Translations under genes and position numbers: made by a program
Notes under the pieces: generated by a model
The model's database searches: none
Told to the model about the DNA's origin: nothing
Seen by the model: only the letters and a program-made list of their open reading frames with translations
Shown: piece by piece, positions 49,170 to 58,656 of the stretch
How positions within the stretch are numbered: position 1 is the stretch's first letter
How the letters are laid out: each line of letters begins with the position of its first letter
Assembly (NCBI GenBank): GCA_965248265.1
Contig: CBDFJF010000002.1
Coordinates: 3,552,001 to 3,616,000, forward strand
Origin: Candidatus Latescibacterota bacterium
Lineage (GTDB): Bacteria; Latescibacterota; UBA2968; UBA8231
DNA: 64,000 bases
Reading direction: 5' to 3'

Positions 49170-50159
49170 CTACACGTTGACGGGGTGGCCGTCGCGGGCA
49201 GAGGAGTAGATCGCTTCCAGCAACGCCACCGATCGACGGGCCTCCACCCCGTCAACGCGCAGCTGGGTGCCATTCTCCAGGTGGGAAACGGCGTCTTCGA
49301 TCACACTGTGAACCGACCCCCCCTCCGCCCCTTCACCCCTATTCATATGGTTCTCCAGGTCGGTACCACATACGCGATACTCGCCTTTCAGCATTTCATC
49401 GACGAGGAAACCGCCTTTGGTACCATGCACCTCGAAACTCCAGTACGCATTCTGTGGAAACGTAGTGGTGCCGACCAGGCCGCCCTTGGCGCCACTGGCG
49501 AAATTTAGGATGGCCATCCCGAGGTCTTCGGACTCAATATCGTGGTTCATCACCGCAGTCTCTGCGTAGACGCTGACGACATCTCCCATGTACCACAGCA
49601 GCATGTCCAGCAGATGCGCGCCCTGATTGGCCAGGGAGCCGCCACCGTCCAGCTGCCACGACCCGCGCCATCCGGTACCGCTCTCGAAGTACTCGGCGCC
49701 ACGGAAGAGTTTGAAACGGGCCTCCCCCAGTATCAGGTCGCCGAGCCAACCACGGCGGATGGCTTCCGCGATGCGGCAATTGCCATCGACATAACGACTC
49801 TGGTAATCGACCGCCAGCATGACGCTCGCATTGTGACATGCCTGTATCAATCGATTGCAGGCTGCGGTGCTGACGTCCATCGGCTTGGTGACGATGACAT
49901 GCTTGCCCGCGCCGGCTACCTGAACACCTATGTCAGCGTGAAGGCCACTCGGCGTCATGACCATGACGGCGTCGACGTCGGCGCGACCGAGCACCTCTTC
50001 GAGGTCGGTTGTCCAGCTGCAACCGAGTTCTTCGCCGACCGTTTTAGCCAGTTCTTCATCCAGATCGACGACGGCCGTCAGCTGGGCCCCCTCCGTCTCC
50101 GTGACCATCCGTGCCCGACTGCGGCCCATTCCCAGGCCTACCACGGCGAAACGAATCAT
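49170..50159 (-). CDS. Gfo/Idh/MocA-family oxidoreductase
   Basis: TPSG.H, GKHV..KP, WRG.W..DGGG.L.NQG.H..D. Confidence 0.92.
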   Translation of the reverse strand: MIRFAVVGLGMGRSRARMVTETEGAQLTAVVDLDEELAKTVGEELGCSWTTDLEEVLGRADVDAVMVMTPSGLHADIGVQVAGAGKHVIVTKPMDVSTAACNRLIQACHNASVMLAVDYQSRYVDGNCRIAEAIRRGWLGDLILGEARFKLFRGAEYFESGTGWRGSWQLDGGGSLANQGAHLLDMLLWYMGDVVSVYAETAVMNHDIESEDLGMAILNFASGAKGGLVGTTTFPQNAYWSFEVHGTKGGFLVDEMLKGEYRVCGTDLENHMNRGEGAEGGSVHSVIEDAVSHLENGTQLRVDGVEARRSVALLEAIYSSARDGHPVNV

Positions 50160-50166
50160 GTTGATT

Positions 50167-51036
50167 TCACCATTTGATGAATTGGCTGATGTAATCGCGT
50201 GACCTCACGAGTCCCTCCTTCTGCAGCTCGGGCGTTTCCGTGAAATGATGGTCCTCCAGTTCGACGCTGAGGACCCCTCCATAGCCCACCTCCTCGAGCC
50301 TTCGAAGGACGAGTTGCCAGTCGACGATGCCTTCCCCCGGAATGGTGTAGCGCCACCAGCCCTCACCGTGACGGTAGGTGCTTGCGTAACTCTCCCCCAG
50401 AATGCCGCTTTCGTAAAGGCCCTCCTGAAGAATCTCCGTGTCCTTGAGGTGCACGTGCTTGACGCGATCACCAAACTCGTGGAGGAGTCGCACGTGGTCG
50501 ATCTGCAATCTGGCGAAGTGAGAGGGATCGTAACAGATCCCCAGGTTGGGCGATGGCACGGCGGCGAAAATCCGCCGCAGACTCTCGGGAGAGCATCCAA
50601 GATTGGGGTAGTGTGGAGGCGGACCGGGCCATGGCTCTATGGCAACCTGGACTCCTACTTTCTCAGCGTGGGCTATGACTCGAGGATAGACTTTCTTGAA
50701 GACCTCGAAGGTCTCTCGCCGCGGGATGGTAGGGTCGTCTGGCTGCAGAACCGTGAACAGGGTGTGGCCACCGTGCCGGGCAATCGCACTCAGATCCTTC
50801 TTCAATGTCGCCAGCGCCACGCTCCGTTTTTTCGCATCGCGCGACAGCAACCCAGACGAATTACCATCGCAGGTTCCCAACGACAGACCCAGGCGTTTGC
50901 AGGTGTCGGCGATCGGTTTGGTCAGCACGGGCGTGTCGACCGCATCGAAATCGTTGTCGGCAAGCCACTCGGCAAAGGCATCAAAGCCAATCTTGCCCGC
51001 AAAACCGGGCATTCGGGTCGCGAGTTTGAAAACCAT
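50167..51036 (-). CDS. Sugar phosphate isomerase/epimerase (xylose-isomerase-like TIM barrel)
   Basis: IEP, YDPSH, HVHLKD, PGEG.VDW, SVELED. Confidence 0.88.
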   Translation of the reverse strand: MVFKLATRMPGFAGKIGFDAFAEWLADNDFDAVDTPVLTKPIADTCKRLGLSLGTCDGNSSGLLSRDAKKRSVALATLKKDLSAIARHGGHTLFTVLQPDDPTIPRRETFEVFKKVYPRVIAHAEKVGVQVAIEPWPGPPPHYPNLGCSPESLRRIFAAVPSPNLGICYDPSHFARLQIDHVRLLHEFGDRVKHVHLKDTEILQEGLYESGILGESYASTYRHGEGWWRYTIPGEGIVDWQLVLRRLEEVGYGGVLSVELEDHHFTETPELQKEGLVRSRDYISQFIKW

Positions 51037-51067
51037 ACAAATATCCCCTATCAGCTGAGCGGACCAA

Positions 51068-52414
51068 TCAGTCCGCTACAATGGATAATGCCGGTTCCGG
51101 TCGAACCCATTGACAGACTACAAGAGAAACGAAAGCCAATGCCGCCCCCGCCAAGAAAATCACCTGGTAGCCGAAATAGTGCCATACCAGACCGCCGATC
51201 AGGGGTGCGAGCACAGCCGCGACGTGGTTCATCGTCACCCCCATCGACAAGGTGGGCTTCAACTCCTCTGAAGAAGTGATCTTGTGCGCGTAAGTCGTCA
51301 GCGCGATGCTGCCGAAGAAGATCAGGTTGTCGACGCAATAGAGAACGTATAACGTGCCAAGATCCTCAACCAGAGCGTATCCGAGAAACACGAAGATGAG
51401 GCCGAAATAGCTGAGGGTGAGCATGAGGCGTTCACCGAAACGATCGACCATGCGGCCCAACAGAGGCGCTGTCAGCGTCAACAGAATCTGGTTGATCAGC
51501 ACCAGGATCATCGTCGTCTCAACGGGCATCCCGTGCACCTTCACCAGCGCGAAAATGGCGAAGGTTATGAACATCTGCTTGCGGCAACCCTGCAGGAAGT
51601 TCAGCAGGTAGAAGACGCCGTAACGTCGCTTGAAAACAAGCCCCCGCTCCTCCGGTCCGGCGCTCTTGCGCGGAGCGAAGAGCAGGGCACCACCACCGAC
51701 AATCGTACACAAACCGGCCACCACGAAGAGCCCCTCGAAGCGTATGTGCGGGAGCAGGTACATGCAGGAGACGATGGTCAACAGCATGGCCAGGCTGTGC
51801 ACGCTCCGCAGCTGCCCCAACCATCGTCCCTTGTTGCCGTCCGGCGAATAGGTAAGAGCCATCGCCGATTCGAGTGGTAGCCAGCAATGGAAGCCAAGAC
51901 TCCAGACCACCGAATACAAGGCCAGGCTCTCCACCGAGTCGACGCCGGCGTAGGCGGCCAATCCGAGACCCATGACCCCAAGGGAAATGGCCGCGACCAG
52001 GGATGGCGCGGCCCGGACCATCAACGCGAGGAAGAAGACGTTGAGAAAGCCTGGTACTTCGCGTAACGCCTCGACGTACCCCAGGTGATGGGGTTCAATA
52101 CCCAGGCGGTCGACGATGAAGTTGTTGAAGAGGCTGAGCTGAACCCCGAAGAAGATGCCGACGGAAAACGTCGCTACCGCGAGGAGGGCAAAGCTCCTGT
52201 TCCACTGTGAAAACGGAGATAGTCTGTCAAACACGGGCTGGGAAGGTAGGTGCGCGGTTGAGCGGCGGCAACTGGCGAAATACTCATTCACACCACCCCC
52301 TGCAACCTGCTGTGGGGACCTTGAACGGACGCTGTCGTTGGTATTATCTTTGTTGGCCTGGAGCCTACAGCGAGCCAACAGTGGTGCTGCGGCCCCTTCC
52401 CTTACCTCCAACAC
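51068..52414 (-). CDS. MFS transporter (true start probably about 120-180 nt downstream of 52414)
   Basis: About 12 TM helices; G.MVDRFGER motif. Confidence 0.88.
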   Translation of the reverse strand: MLEVREGAAAPLLARCRLQANKDNTNDSVRSRSPQQVAGGGVNEYFASCRRSTAHLPSQPVFDRLSPFSQWNRSFALLAVATFSVGIFFGVQLSLFNNFIVDRLGIEPHHLGYVEALREVPGFLNVFFLALMVRAAPSLVAAISLGVMGLGLAAYAGVDSVESLALYSVVWSLGFHCWLPLESAMALTYSPDGNKGRWLGQLRSVHSLAMLLTIVSCMYLLPHIRFEGLFVVAGLCTIVGGGALLFAPRKSAGPEERGLVFKRRYGVFYLLNFLQGCRKQMFITFAIFALVKVHGMPVETTMILVLINQILLTLTAPLLGRMVDRFGERLMLTLSYFGLIFVFLGYALVEDLGTLYVLYCVDNLIFFGSIALTTYAHKITSSEELKPTLSMGVTMNHVAAVLAPLIGGLVWHYFGYQVIFLAGAALAFVSLVVCQWVRPEPALSIVAD

Positions 52415-52433
52415 AATTGGCTAGCGCACTCTC

Positions 52434-53204
52434 GTGTACGTCATTATAGCGGCTCTCGTCGTCGGAGCCCTGTTGCTGTGGGGCGGCATCCTGGGTCTCC
52501 TCAGGATCGTAGACCTCTTTGAGACCAAGCATATTCTGGGTCTGGGTGCCTACACGACGCTCATTTCCGGCCTCGTGATGGGCCTCGTCTTGTTCACGGC
52601 GAACGAGCGCCAGAGGGAGCATCGTCTGGAGTTGCGCGCGCAGGTAGAAACGGTGACAACGAAACTGGGCGAACTCAGCGAGCGCCTGGTCGGGCAGCTG
52701 GAGGAAAAGGTCAATCTCACTGAATCCGAGTTCTCGATCCGCTCTCGCCTGCAGAACGAGCAGGCCGATCATTCCCGAACACAGGAGACCCTGGCCCTCA
52801 CCACAGCAGAGCACGAGCAGCTGCAGAGCAAGTACAAGAAGGAACGCGACCACCGATTGGCCTATCAACGGGAGCTGGATCGCAAATTGGAGCAGCGCTT
52901 CAAGAGCCAGGATGAGCGCTATCAGGATCTCTCCGATTTTCTACACATCCAGAGCCGAAACATCCAGGGCATGCAGAAGCAGCTGGCCAGCATGCAGGAT
53001 GACCTCAGCAACCTCAAAGCCGAAGCATCTGGCCTCGTGAGCCGGCAGAACAGCATGATGGGCAAGGTCAATGCAACCCGTGAAATCCAGGATCTGAACG
53101 CTCAGAGAATCGACGCCCTGTCGCGAAGTCAGGCGGCATTGTACGACGACCTGAGCAGAACCATGGCCAAAGTGGACAGTCTATACCGGTGGAAGAAGAA
53201 GTGA
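52434..53204 (+). CDS. Hypothetical membrane-anchored coiled-coil protein
   Basis: Two N-terminal TM helices followed by a heptad-rich Q/E/L region. Confidence 0.75.
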   Translation: MYVIIAALVVGALLLWGGILGLLRIVDLFETKHILGLGAYTTLISGLVMGLVLFTANERQREHRLELRAQVETVTTKLGELSERLVGQLEEKVNLTESEFSIRSRLQNEQADHSRTQETLALTTAEHEQLQSKYKKERDHRLAYQRELDRKLEQRFKSQDERYQDLSDFLHIQSRNIQGMQKQLASMQDDLSNLKAEASGLVSRQNSMMGKVNATREIQDLNAQRIDALSRSQAALYDDLSRTMAKVDSLYRWKKK

Positions 53205-53261
53205 ACGGCTGGTAGTATCCCGCCACCATCGCGGACCACCACCAGCACACAGGAGATCTCG

Positions 53262-54116
53262 ATGACATTCAGACGAATCAAATCAATACGCCCGAAATTG
53301 CTCCTTCTGACCCTGATGACGCTGAGCCTTTTGGTCACCATGTCCTGTGGCCCAAGCGAAGAAGAGATCATGCTGGCCGAGTTGCAGCTGGATTTGGGCA
53401 CGGCGACGACGACCATTGACTCGCTCAACTACACCGTCGAGTCCGCCAACATGCTCATCGACGAGATGCGCACCCGCGTCGACAGTCTCCAGCACGTCGA
53501 CAAGCTGCTGTTGGAGAACGTCCGAGCGCTCGGCAAAGAGGTCAAGCACTGGCAGAAGGTCGCCGCGGATCACAAACGCAAGAACGTCGAGTTGACTCGG
53601 GAAATCGAACGCATGAAGCGGGAAAAGCAGATCGATCAGCGCAGTATCGCCCGGATGCGTTCACAATCCGACAGCCTGAACACGGCTTTGCTCGACGCCC
53701 ACACCAGCATTCGCCGCCAGGAAGGTCACGTCACCCGCCTTAAAGATCAGCTGGTGGCAGTCGAATTGGATCGCGATCAATTGCGCCTGGCACAAACCTC
53801 GGTTCGGGTGTACGCCGCCACCGAGAGATTTCTCGACGACGGTGGCTACCTGCACTCAGGCCGCTCTCTCGGCCGCGCCTTTCGCAAATCATTCCGCCTG
53901 ACCAAGAAACTGGATCCGACAGATCCCGCGGTGCAGCTGGCGCCCATCGGCGACGCCGTGCTGTTGGACGGAGAGCTCAAAGCGCTCGTTGACCGCTATG
54001 GCAAGCTCAAGAAGGGCGATGCCTACGAAACCCGGAAAGTCGATGGCAAGACGGAGGTGACGTTCATCGATGGTATGCTGGGTGGCGTTGACGTGCTGGC
54101 CATCATGAAGGATTGA
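53262..54116 (+). CDS. Hypothetical coiled-coil lipoprotein
   Basis: Signal with lipobox-like TMSC; long coiled coil; globular C-terminus; AGGAG RBS. Confidence 0.78.
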   Translation: MTFRRIKSIRPKLLLLTLMTLSLLVTMSCGPSEEEIMLAELQLDLGTATTTIDSLNYTVESANMLIDEMRTRVDSLQHVDKLLLENVRALGKEVKHWQKVAADHKRKNVELTREIERMKREKQIDQRSIARMRSQSDSLNTALLDAHTSIRRQEGHVTRLKDQLVAVELDRDQLRLAQTSVRVYAATERFLDDGGYLHSGRSLGRAFRKSFRLTKKLDPTDPAVQLAPIGDAVLLDGELKALVDRYGKLKKGDAYETRKVDGKTEVTFIDGMLGGVDVLAIMKD

Positions 54117-54150
54117 AGCGGGGCGCCTGTTGGCGGGGTAAGTAAGTAGG

Positions 54151-54573
54151 TTACCAGCCGTGCACGAAGACGGCCGGTCGTACCTTGGCACCCTTTTGAT
54201 CGCTCGACAGCAGTGAGTCTGCGAAGGCCGCATGTCTGACGAGGTGTTCGCGACTCCCTCCCCGCAGGAAGAGGTGCAGGTCCGCCTCCGGATCGCTGAC
54301 CAGCGCTTTCACCGCGCGCCGAAAGTCCCATTCGCTCATCGGCTTGGCGACCGCGCGCGCATCCGCCGACAGGCCGAATCTGCGTTCTGCGTACACGACG
54401 ACGACGTCTCCAGCCTGAGGATCGTGCTGGTGCACCCTCCACACCGGCTTGGCCACATTCAGGATCATGATGCCGAGGGTCAGCATCAACATCATGATGC
54501 CGACGAACAACTCCTTGCTGACATCGTGCTCGGCATCGTCGTTTTCACCCAACTGACGCGCGTACCTGGACAC
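54151..54573 (-). CDS. Single-TM protein, putative ExbD/TolR/MotB-like partner
   Basis: Follows the MotA/ExbB-like gene; one TM helix beginning KELFVG; GTG start at 54573. Confidence 0.6.
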   Translation of the reverse strand: MSRYARQLGENDDAEHDVSKELFVGIMMLMLTLGIMILNVAKPVWRVHQHDPQAGDVVVVYAERRFGLSADARAVAKPMSEWDFRRAVKALVSDPEADLHLFLRGGSREHLVRHAAFADSLLSSDQKGAKVRPAVFVHGW

Positions 54574-54578
54574 TTGCT

Positions 54579-55346
54579 CTAGCCCTCGTCCAAGGCGCGA
54601 TTCCAAGCCTCTTCCAGCCTGCCGACTCGACGGATCAGATAGTCAGCGGCCTTGCGCAATGGCAGAAAGGCCAGCAGTGCGACCAGCGTGGTCTGAAAGG
54701 CGAGCACCAGACCGCGAGCCATCGAGCTGAGTACCTTGAAGGTCTCCGTGGCCTCATTGATGTGGCCGATTTCCTCGGCCATCAACAGAATTCCGCACAC
54801 GGTTCCCAGGTAGCCATAAAACGGGATCCTCGACAAATCATGGCGTGTGTTCATCAACGGTGTGCCGATGACGCCGACCAGTTCGTCGACAACCTGGTCA
54901 TCTCTCGTTTTCAGATCGATGTAATGCTTGTGCGAGCGTCGGAGAGATTGGAGTTGGCGCATCCTGCGGTGACTCAAGGTGCCCTGCCCCCGGTCTGTAC
55001 CCGCACTCCAGGCCTTCTCCTCGCGTATCAGGTGCAGACCGGTACGCAACAGGATCAACAGGTGGCCCCCGCTGGCGCCGGCAACGAGCAGATAAGAGCC
55101 GCGACCGATCCATTCAATCAGATTGAATCGATCTGAATCCTCGGCAAAATACAGAATGAGCACGCCGATGACGATTCCGGCCAACGCACCGATGGCGGTC
55201 GCGATCCGTGGCAAATGTGGCGTGCTGACGGAATATCCCCGCTCCCACGCACCCAGGCGACGTGCCCGAAACAACAGCAGGACGCTACCCGTGATGGCAC
55301 AAGCTGCCACCAATAGAATGCCGAGCAATACAGTAAGCCAGTACAC
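54579..55346 (-). CDS. MotA/TolQ/ExbB proton-channel family protein
   Basis: IPFYGYLGTVCGI and GL.LAF.TTLVAL signature helices; extra N-terminal TM helices. Confidence 0.82.
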   Translation of the reverse strand: MYWLTVLLGILLVAACAITGSVLLLFRARRLGAWERGYSVSTPHLPRIATAIGALAGIVIGVLILYFAEDSDRFNLIEWIGRGSYLLVAGASGGHLLILLRTGLHLIREEKAWSAGTDRGQGTLSHRRMRQLQSLRRSHKHYIDLKTRDDQVVDELVGVIGTPLMNTRHDLSRIPFYGYLGTVCGILLMAEEIGHINEATETFKVLSSMARGLVLAFQTTLVALLAFLPLRKAADYLIRRVGRLEEAWNRALDEG

Positions 55347-55395
55347 GAGTGTCCCGCCTCAGAAATAGGTTGACAAAATTTCGGCCGCCGAGGCG

Positions 55396-55503
55396 CCCTG
55401 CTCACAAGGCGCCTGAGCGAGTCGTATCAGTGGGATACGGCGAGCGAAGGTGCTCAGGGACGAGGCCGAACTCCAAGAGTTCGGTCCCACGCCGTGAGCA
55501 GGG
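55396..55503 (+). ncRNA. Candidate structured RNA or palindromic element (multi-stem, unassigned family)
   Basis: Nested complementary stems read directly from the sequence (detailed in findings). Confidence 0.45.
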
Positions 55504-55547
55504 ATGGATCGGCGGAAGAATGTCGACATATTTCTGCGATGGGATAC

Positions 55548-56759
55548 TTAGGTCCACTCCGCGGATGTAAACAGGCGCCACCACTGCCAGCTGGCGGAGG
55601 TGACGTAGGCAGCAAGAACCAGGGTGCTGATCCATACCCAGGCTGGGCTGACGGGCAGCGACAACCGAGTTGATGGATCGATCCCTTGCTGGACGTGGGC
55701 TGTATGGGTCCCCGTCATGATCTCCGGAGGCGGTTGATAGTCGGTTCGCCGATCCTCTCTGTGGACGCTCTCGGAAGATTGGTCCCCAAGGGGCACGGCA
55801 GGAGTGGCATCTTTCCACCCTTTTAGATGCCTCTGAGGTTGTAACACGAGTTCGCGCGCTGTTGTTGGCAATGATTTGGTCCACGCCTGCAAACGTTCGG
55901 AGGCTTGCGTACTCGTGCCCTCCTTCAATGGCGCCGCGCGCCCAAGGGTAAACGCCGCGATAGAGCCAACGGAACCTGAGCGGCTGTATCGCGGAAATGC
56001 GCTCCCCCGCCTCCAGCCAGCCATCTGACTTGCGATATGGTCACGCCGAGCCTCCAGGGAGACCAGTCGACTGACGACCTGATGAAATTCCATCGGACTG
56101 CGCTGTACTCCAGGCGGCATCGACTCCGGTTTGGAATCCGCCTTCATGACGGCCTCTCGCGAGAACTCTACCTGTAGCCACAGCTCTCCGAAAAGATGGT
56201 CACCCCAAATCACCTTGGCTCCTGGGATGTCGGGAACACTGTGGGTGTAGAATATCTCTTGAGCTCTTGCGCTGTCCGTTTGCCAGTTGAAACCATCGGT
56301 CGTGAGGATTGCCGGGCGCAAGACTCCTCCCGGCTCTTGCAGGTAGAGCCCGGCCATGAAGCCGCTCTCGACGCTATCGGTATCCCAACAGTGGACACGG
56401 AGTACATTGTGATCCTCAAGATAAAAGCGCGGGACATCGATCTGAATTGGAGTGAGTCGTGTGCGACCGACAGGATATCCGTTCAAGAAAACTTCCGCTT
56501 CGTCATCGGCCCAGAACAAGAACACAAGCGGGTCTTGCGAGCCCGGCTGTTGGGTCTGTGACGAACGCGTCAGGCGTTCGAGTGAGTCGCTGCCGTAGAG
56601 ACGCATCAGCGTGTCGATGGCAGCGGCAACTGAGTTGTACTCCTGCCGCCACTGCTCCTGGGATGGGCCAGCCGGATCGGGTGTTGTCTGCGCGGCCCCG
56701 GCAAAAACTGGCGCGATCGCGAGAACCAGATAGATGCAAGCTGGTTTGAGTCTCGTCAC
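55548..56759 (-). CDS. Hypothetical exported protein with C-terminal TM anchor
   Basis: Signal peptide, WADD…FLNG beta-sandwich-like motif, C-terminal hydrophobic helix. Confidence 0.75.
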   Translation of the reverse strand: MTRLKPACIYLVLAIAPVFAGAAQTTPDPAGPSQEQWRQEYNSVAAAIDTLMRLYGSDSLERLTRSSQTQQPGSQDPLVFLFWADDEAEVFLNGYPVGRTRLTPIQIDVPRFYLEDHNVLRVHCWDTDSVESGFMAGLYLQEPGGVLRPAILTTDGFNWQTDSARAQEIFYTHSVPDIPGAKVIWGDHLFGELWLQVEFSREAVMKADSKPESMPPGVQRSPMEFHQVVSRLVSLEARRDHIASQMAGWRRGSAFPRYSRSGSVGSIAAFTLGRAAPLKEGTSTQASERLQAWTKSLPTTARELVLQPQRHLKGWKDATPAVPLGDQSSESVHREDRRTDYQPPPEIMTGTHTAHVQQGIDPSTRLSLPVSPAWVWISTLVLAAYVTSASWQWWRLFTSAEWT

Positions 56760-57811
56760 TCGCCGTCCCCCAAACTCTGCTCGAGCATTCGCTTCAACAC
56801 CTTCAACTCGTCGACCTTCTGCTGGATCTCGACTTCGTCTTGAACAGTTGGGGCGACCGACGCTCGCACCTGTTCACGGCCGATTTCTCGCTGCAGCGTC
56901 GCCAACACACCGGAGGCACGTTCGTTCATGTTCTTCTGAACATACAGATTGAACAACTCCTCGAACTCTCCAGGTGTGGCACTGTAGAAATCGATCTTGA
57001 GTTGCAGGATTCGCTGCTTCTCGAAATCCTCATCATTCGCCGGAGTAGCCCCGTCCTGGGCGCTCATGGCGAGGAGGAGTGAATCCTGAGGTACCTCGAC
57101 CCCCAACCCGCTCAACTCAGCGCGTAATTGATCCGCCAGTGCCAGCCATTTCGTTGCCTCCTTGACGTATGACTTGCGACTGCTGCCAGAGACCGCCGTC
57201 GCCTGGCCACGCATCTTGAGCGACCGGCTCTCCGCCGAGCGGATGACGGCCGTGGCGCGATCATGATCCTGAAGGAACAGGTATAGCCGGAACAGGGAGA
57301 GGAACTCATCCTGGCTCGGTGAGTAGAAGTCGACCTGGACCTGTTGTTGATTCGCCCGCTGGCGGATCTCATCCAGCAGGCTGGCGATCAACGGTTGCCA
57401 CAGATTTTGTGCCAGGTCCGGCATCACCTCCTGTGCCATCTCGAGCGTCTGACGGGCCCTGTCAGGTGACTTCATATAGAAGTAGGAGCGTGCCAGGTAC
57501 ACCCAGATTTCACTCTTGTAGCGAAACCGCTGTATCGACTCTTCAAAACTGATCACTGCCTCTTCATAGGAGCCGGCGTAGTAGGTCAGGCGCTTTTCGA
57601 CGCCGAACGATAACCCGACTCCGGTCTCGATGTAGTCGCCTTCGTTGTAGCGCTCGGTTTCCGGCAGCGGCAATCGCTCGTTGAGGAAATCGATCCCCTC
57701 GACAAGCTTCGGAGCCTGTGCCATCCCCGCCGAGGCAGAAAGCAGGAGAACCGTCAAAATCACTACGACCGACACCATGCGAGAGGTAAATATCATTGGA
57801 ACGAGACCCAT
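56756..57811 (-). CDS. Exported TPR-like helical protein
   Basis: Signal peptide; YYAG.YEEA…F…W.YLARSY…A TPR pattern. Confidence 0.72.
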   Translation of the reverse strand: MGLVPMIFTSRMVSVVVILTVLLLSASAGMAQAPKLVEGIDFLNERLPLPETERYNEGDYIETGVGLSFGVEKRLTYYAGSYEEAVISFEESIQRFRYKSEIWVYLARSYFYMKSPDRARQTLEMAQEVMPDLAQNLWQPLIASLLDEIRQRANQQQVQVDFYSPSQDEFLSLFRLYLFLQDHDRATAVIRSAESRSLKMRGQATAVSGSSRKSYVKEATKWLALADQLRAELSGLGVEVPQDSLLLAMSAQDGATPANDEDFEKQRILQLKIDFYSATPGEFEELFNLYVQKNMNERASGVLATLQREIGREQVRASVAPTVQDEVEIQQKVDELKVLKRMLEQSLGDGE

Positions 57812-57824
57812 CCGGATAGCGGAC

Positions 57825-58595
57825 TCAGATGTTGGATTTGGACTGTCCCCCGTCGACGTTGATGCAGGAGCCGGTTACCCAGCTTGCTTTTTCCGAAGCC
57901 AGAAAGGCCACGACCGAGGCAACCTCCTCTGGCTTGCCGAAGCGCCCGGCCGGAAGGTGATCTTCAATGAATTTGGCGATCCACTCCGGATCGGCCTTCT
58001 GCCGGCGCTCCCAACCACCACCCGGGAACAGAATGGAGCCCGGTGCCACCGAGTTCACGCGAATGCTCTTGGGCGCACCCTCGATGGCCAGATTCGCTGT
58101 CATACTGATCATGGCTGCCTTGGCGGCGTTGTAGGAGATCGGTCCACCCGTCTCGCGGCCGAAGATCGATGAGATGTTGACGACGCTGCCTCCACCACGC
58201 GCTTCAAAGATGGGAAATGCCGCCCGTGTGAGGCGAACGGCAGACAACAGATTGATATTCAGCGCATGGAGCCACTCCTCGTCGCTGATCTGTGCGAACG
58301 GGGTCCATGTGGCACCTCCGACATTGTTTATCAGAATGTCCAGACCCCCAAAACGTTCCTCGGTCACACCGACGAGACGCTCCGCATCCTCAGGCACCGT
58401 CATGTCGGCGATCACGGTCTCGACTTCGACTCCACGGCCCGCCAGCGCCTGCGATGTCTGCTCCAGGGTGTCCTGGTTGCGTCCGCAAATACACAGATTG
58501 GCTCCCTCGTCTGCCAGCGCCAGGGCGATTCGATTACCGATTCCACGGCTGCCACCTGACAGCAGGGCAACCTTACCTTGTAATCCCAAATCCAT
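57825..58595 (-). CDS. Short-chain dehydrogenase/reductase
   Basis: GGSRGIG, NNVG, NISS, YNAAK, RVNSVAPG. Confidence 0.95.
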   Translation of the reverse strand: MDLGLQGKVALLSGGSRGIGNRIALALADEGANLCICGRNQDTLEQTSQALAGRGVEVETVIADMTVPEDAERLVGVTEERFGGLDILINNVGGATWTPFAQISDEEWLHALNINLLSAVRLTRAAFPIFEARGGGSVVNISSIFGRETGGPISYNAAKAAMISMTANLAIEGAPKSIRVNSVAPGSILFPGGGWERRQKADPEWIAKFIEDHLPAGRFGKPEEVASVVAFLASEKASWVTGSCINVDGGQSKSNI

Positions 58596-58656
58596 CTGCT
58601 TTGAATCTCCTTGAGGTTGTTATTCCTGACGGCACTCCACGGCAACAGACCGTGGA

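Noticed and set aside
54151-55346. Zorya (ZorAB) anti-phage system
   Set aside because: No long ZorA tail, no OmpA-like domain in the partner, and no zorC/D/E-like genes
55370-55375. TTGACA as promoter of the candidate structured RNA
   Set aside because: No -10 element at a suitable spacing
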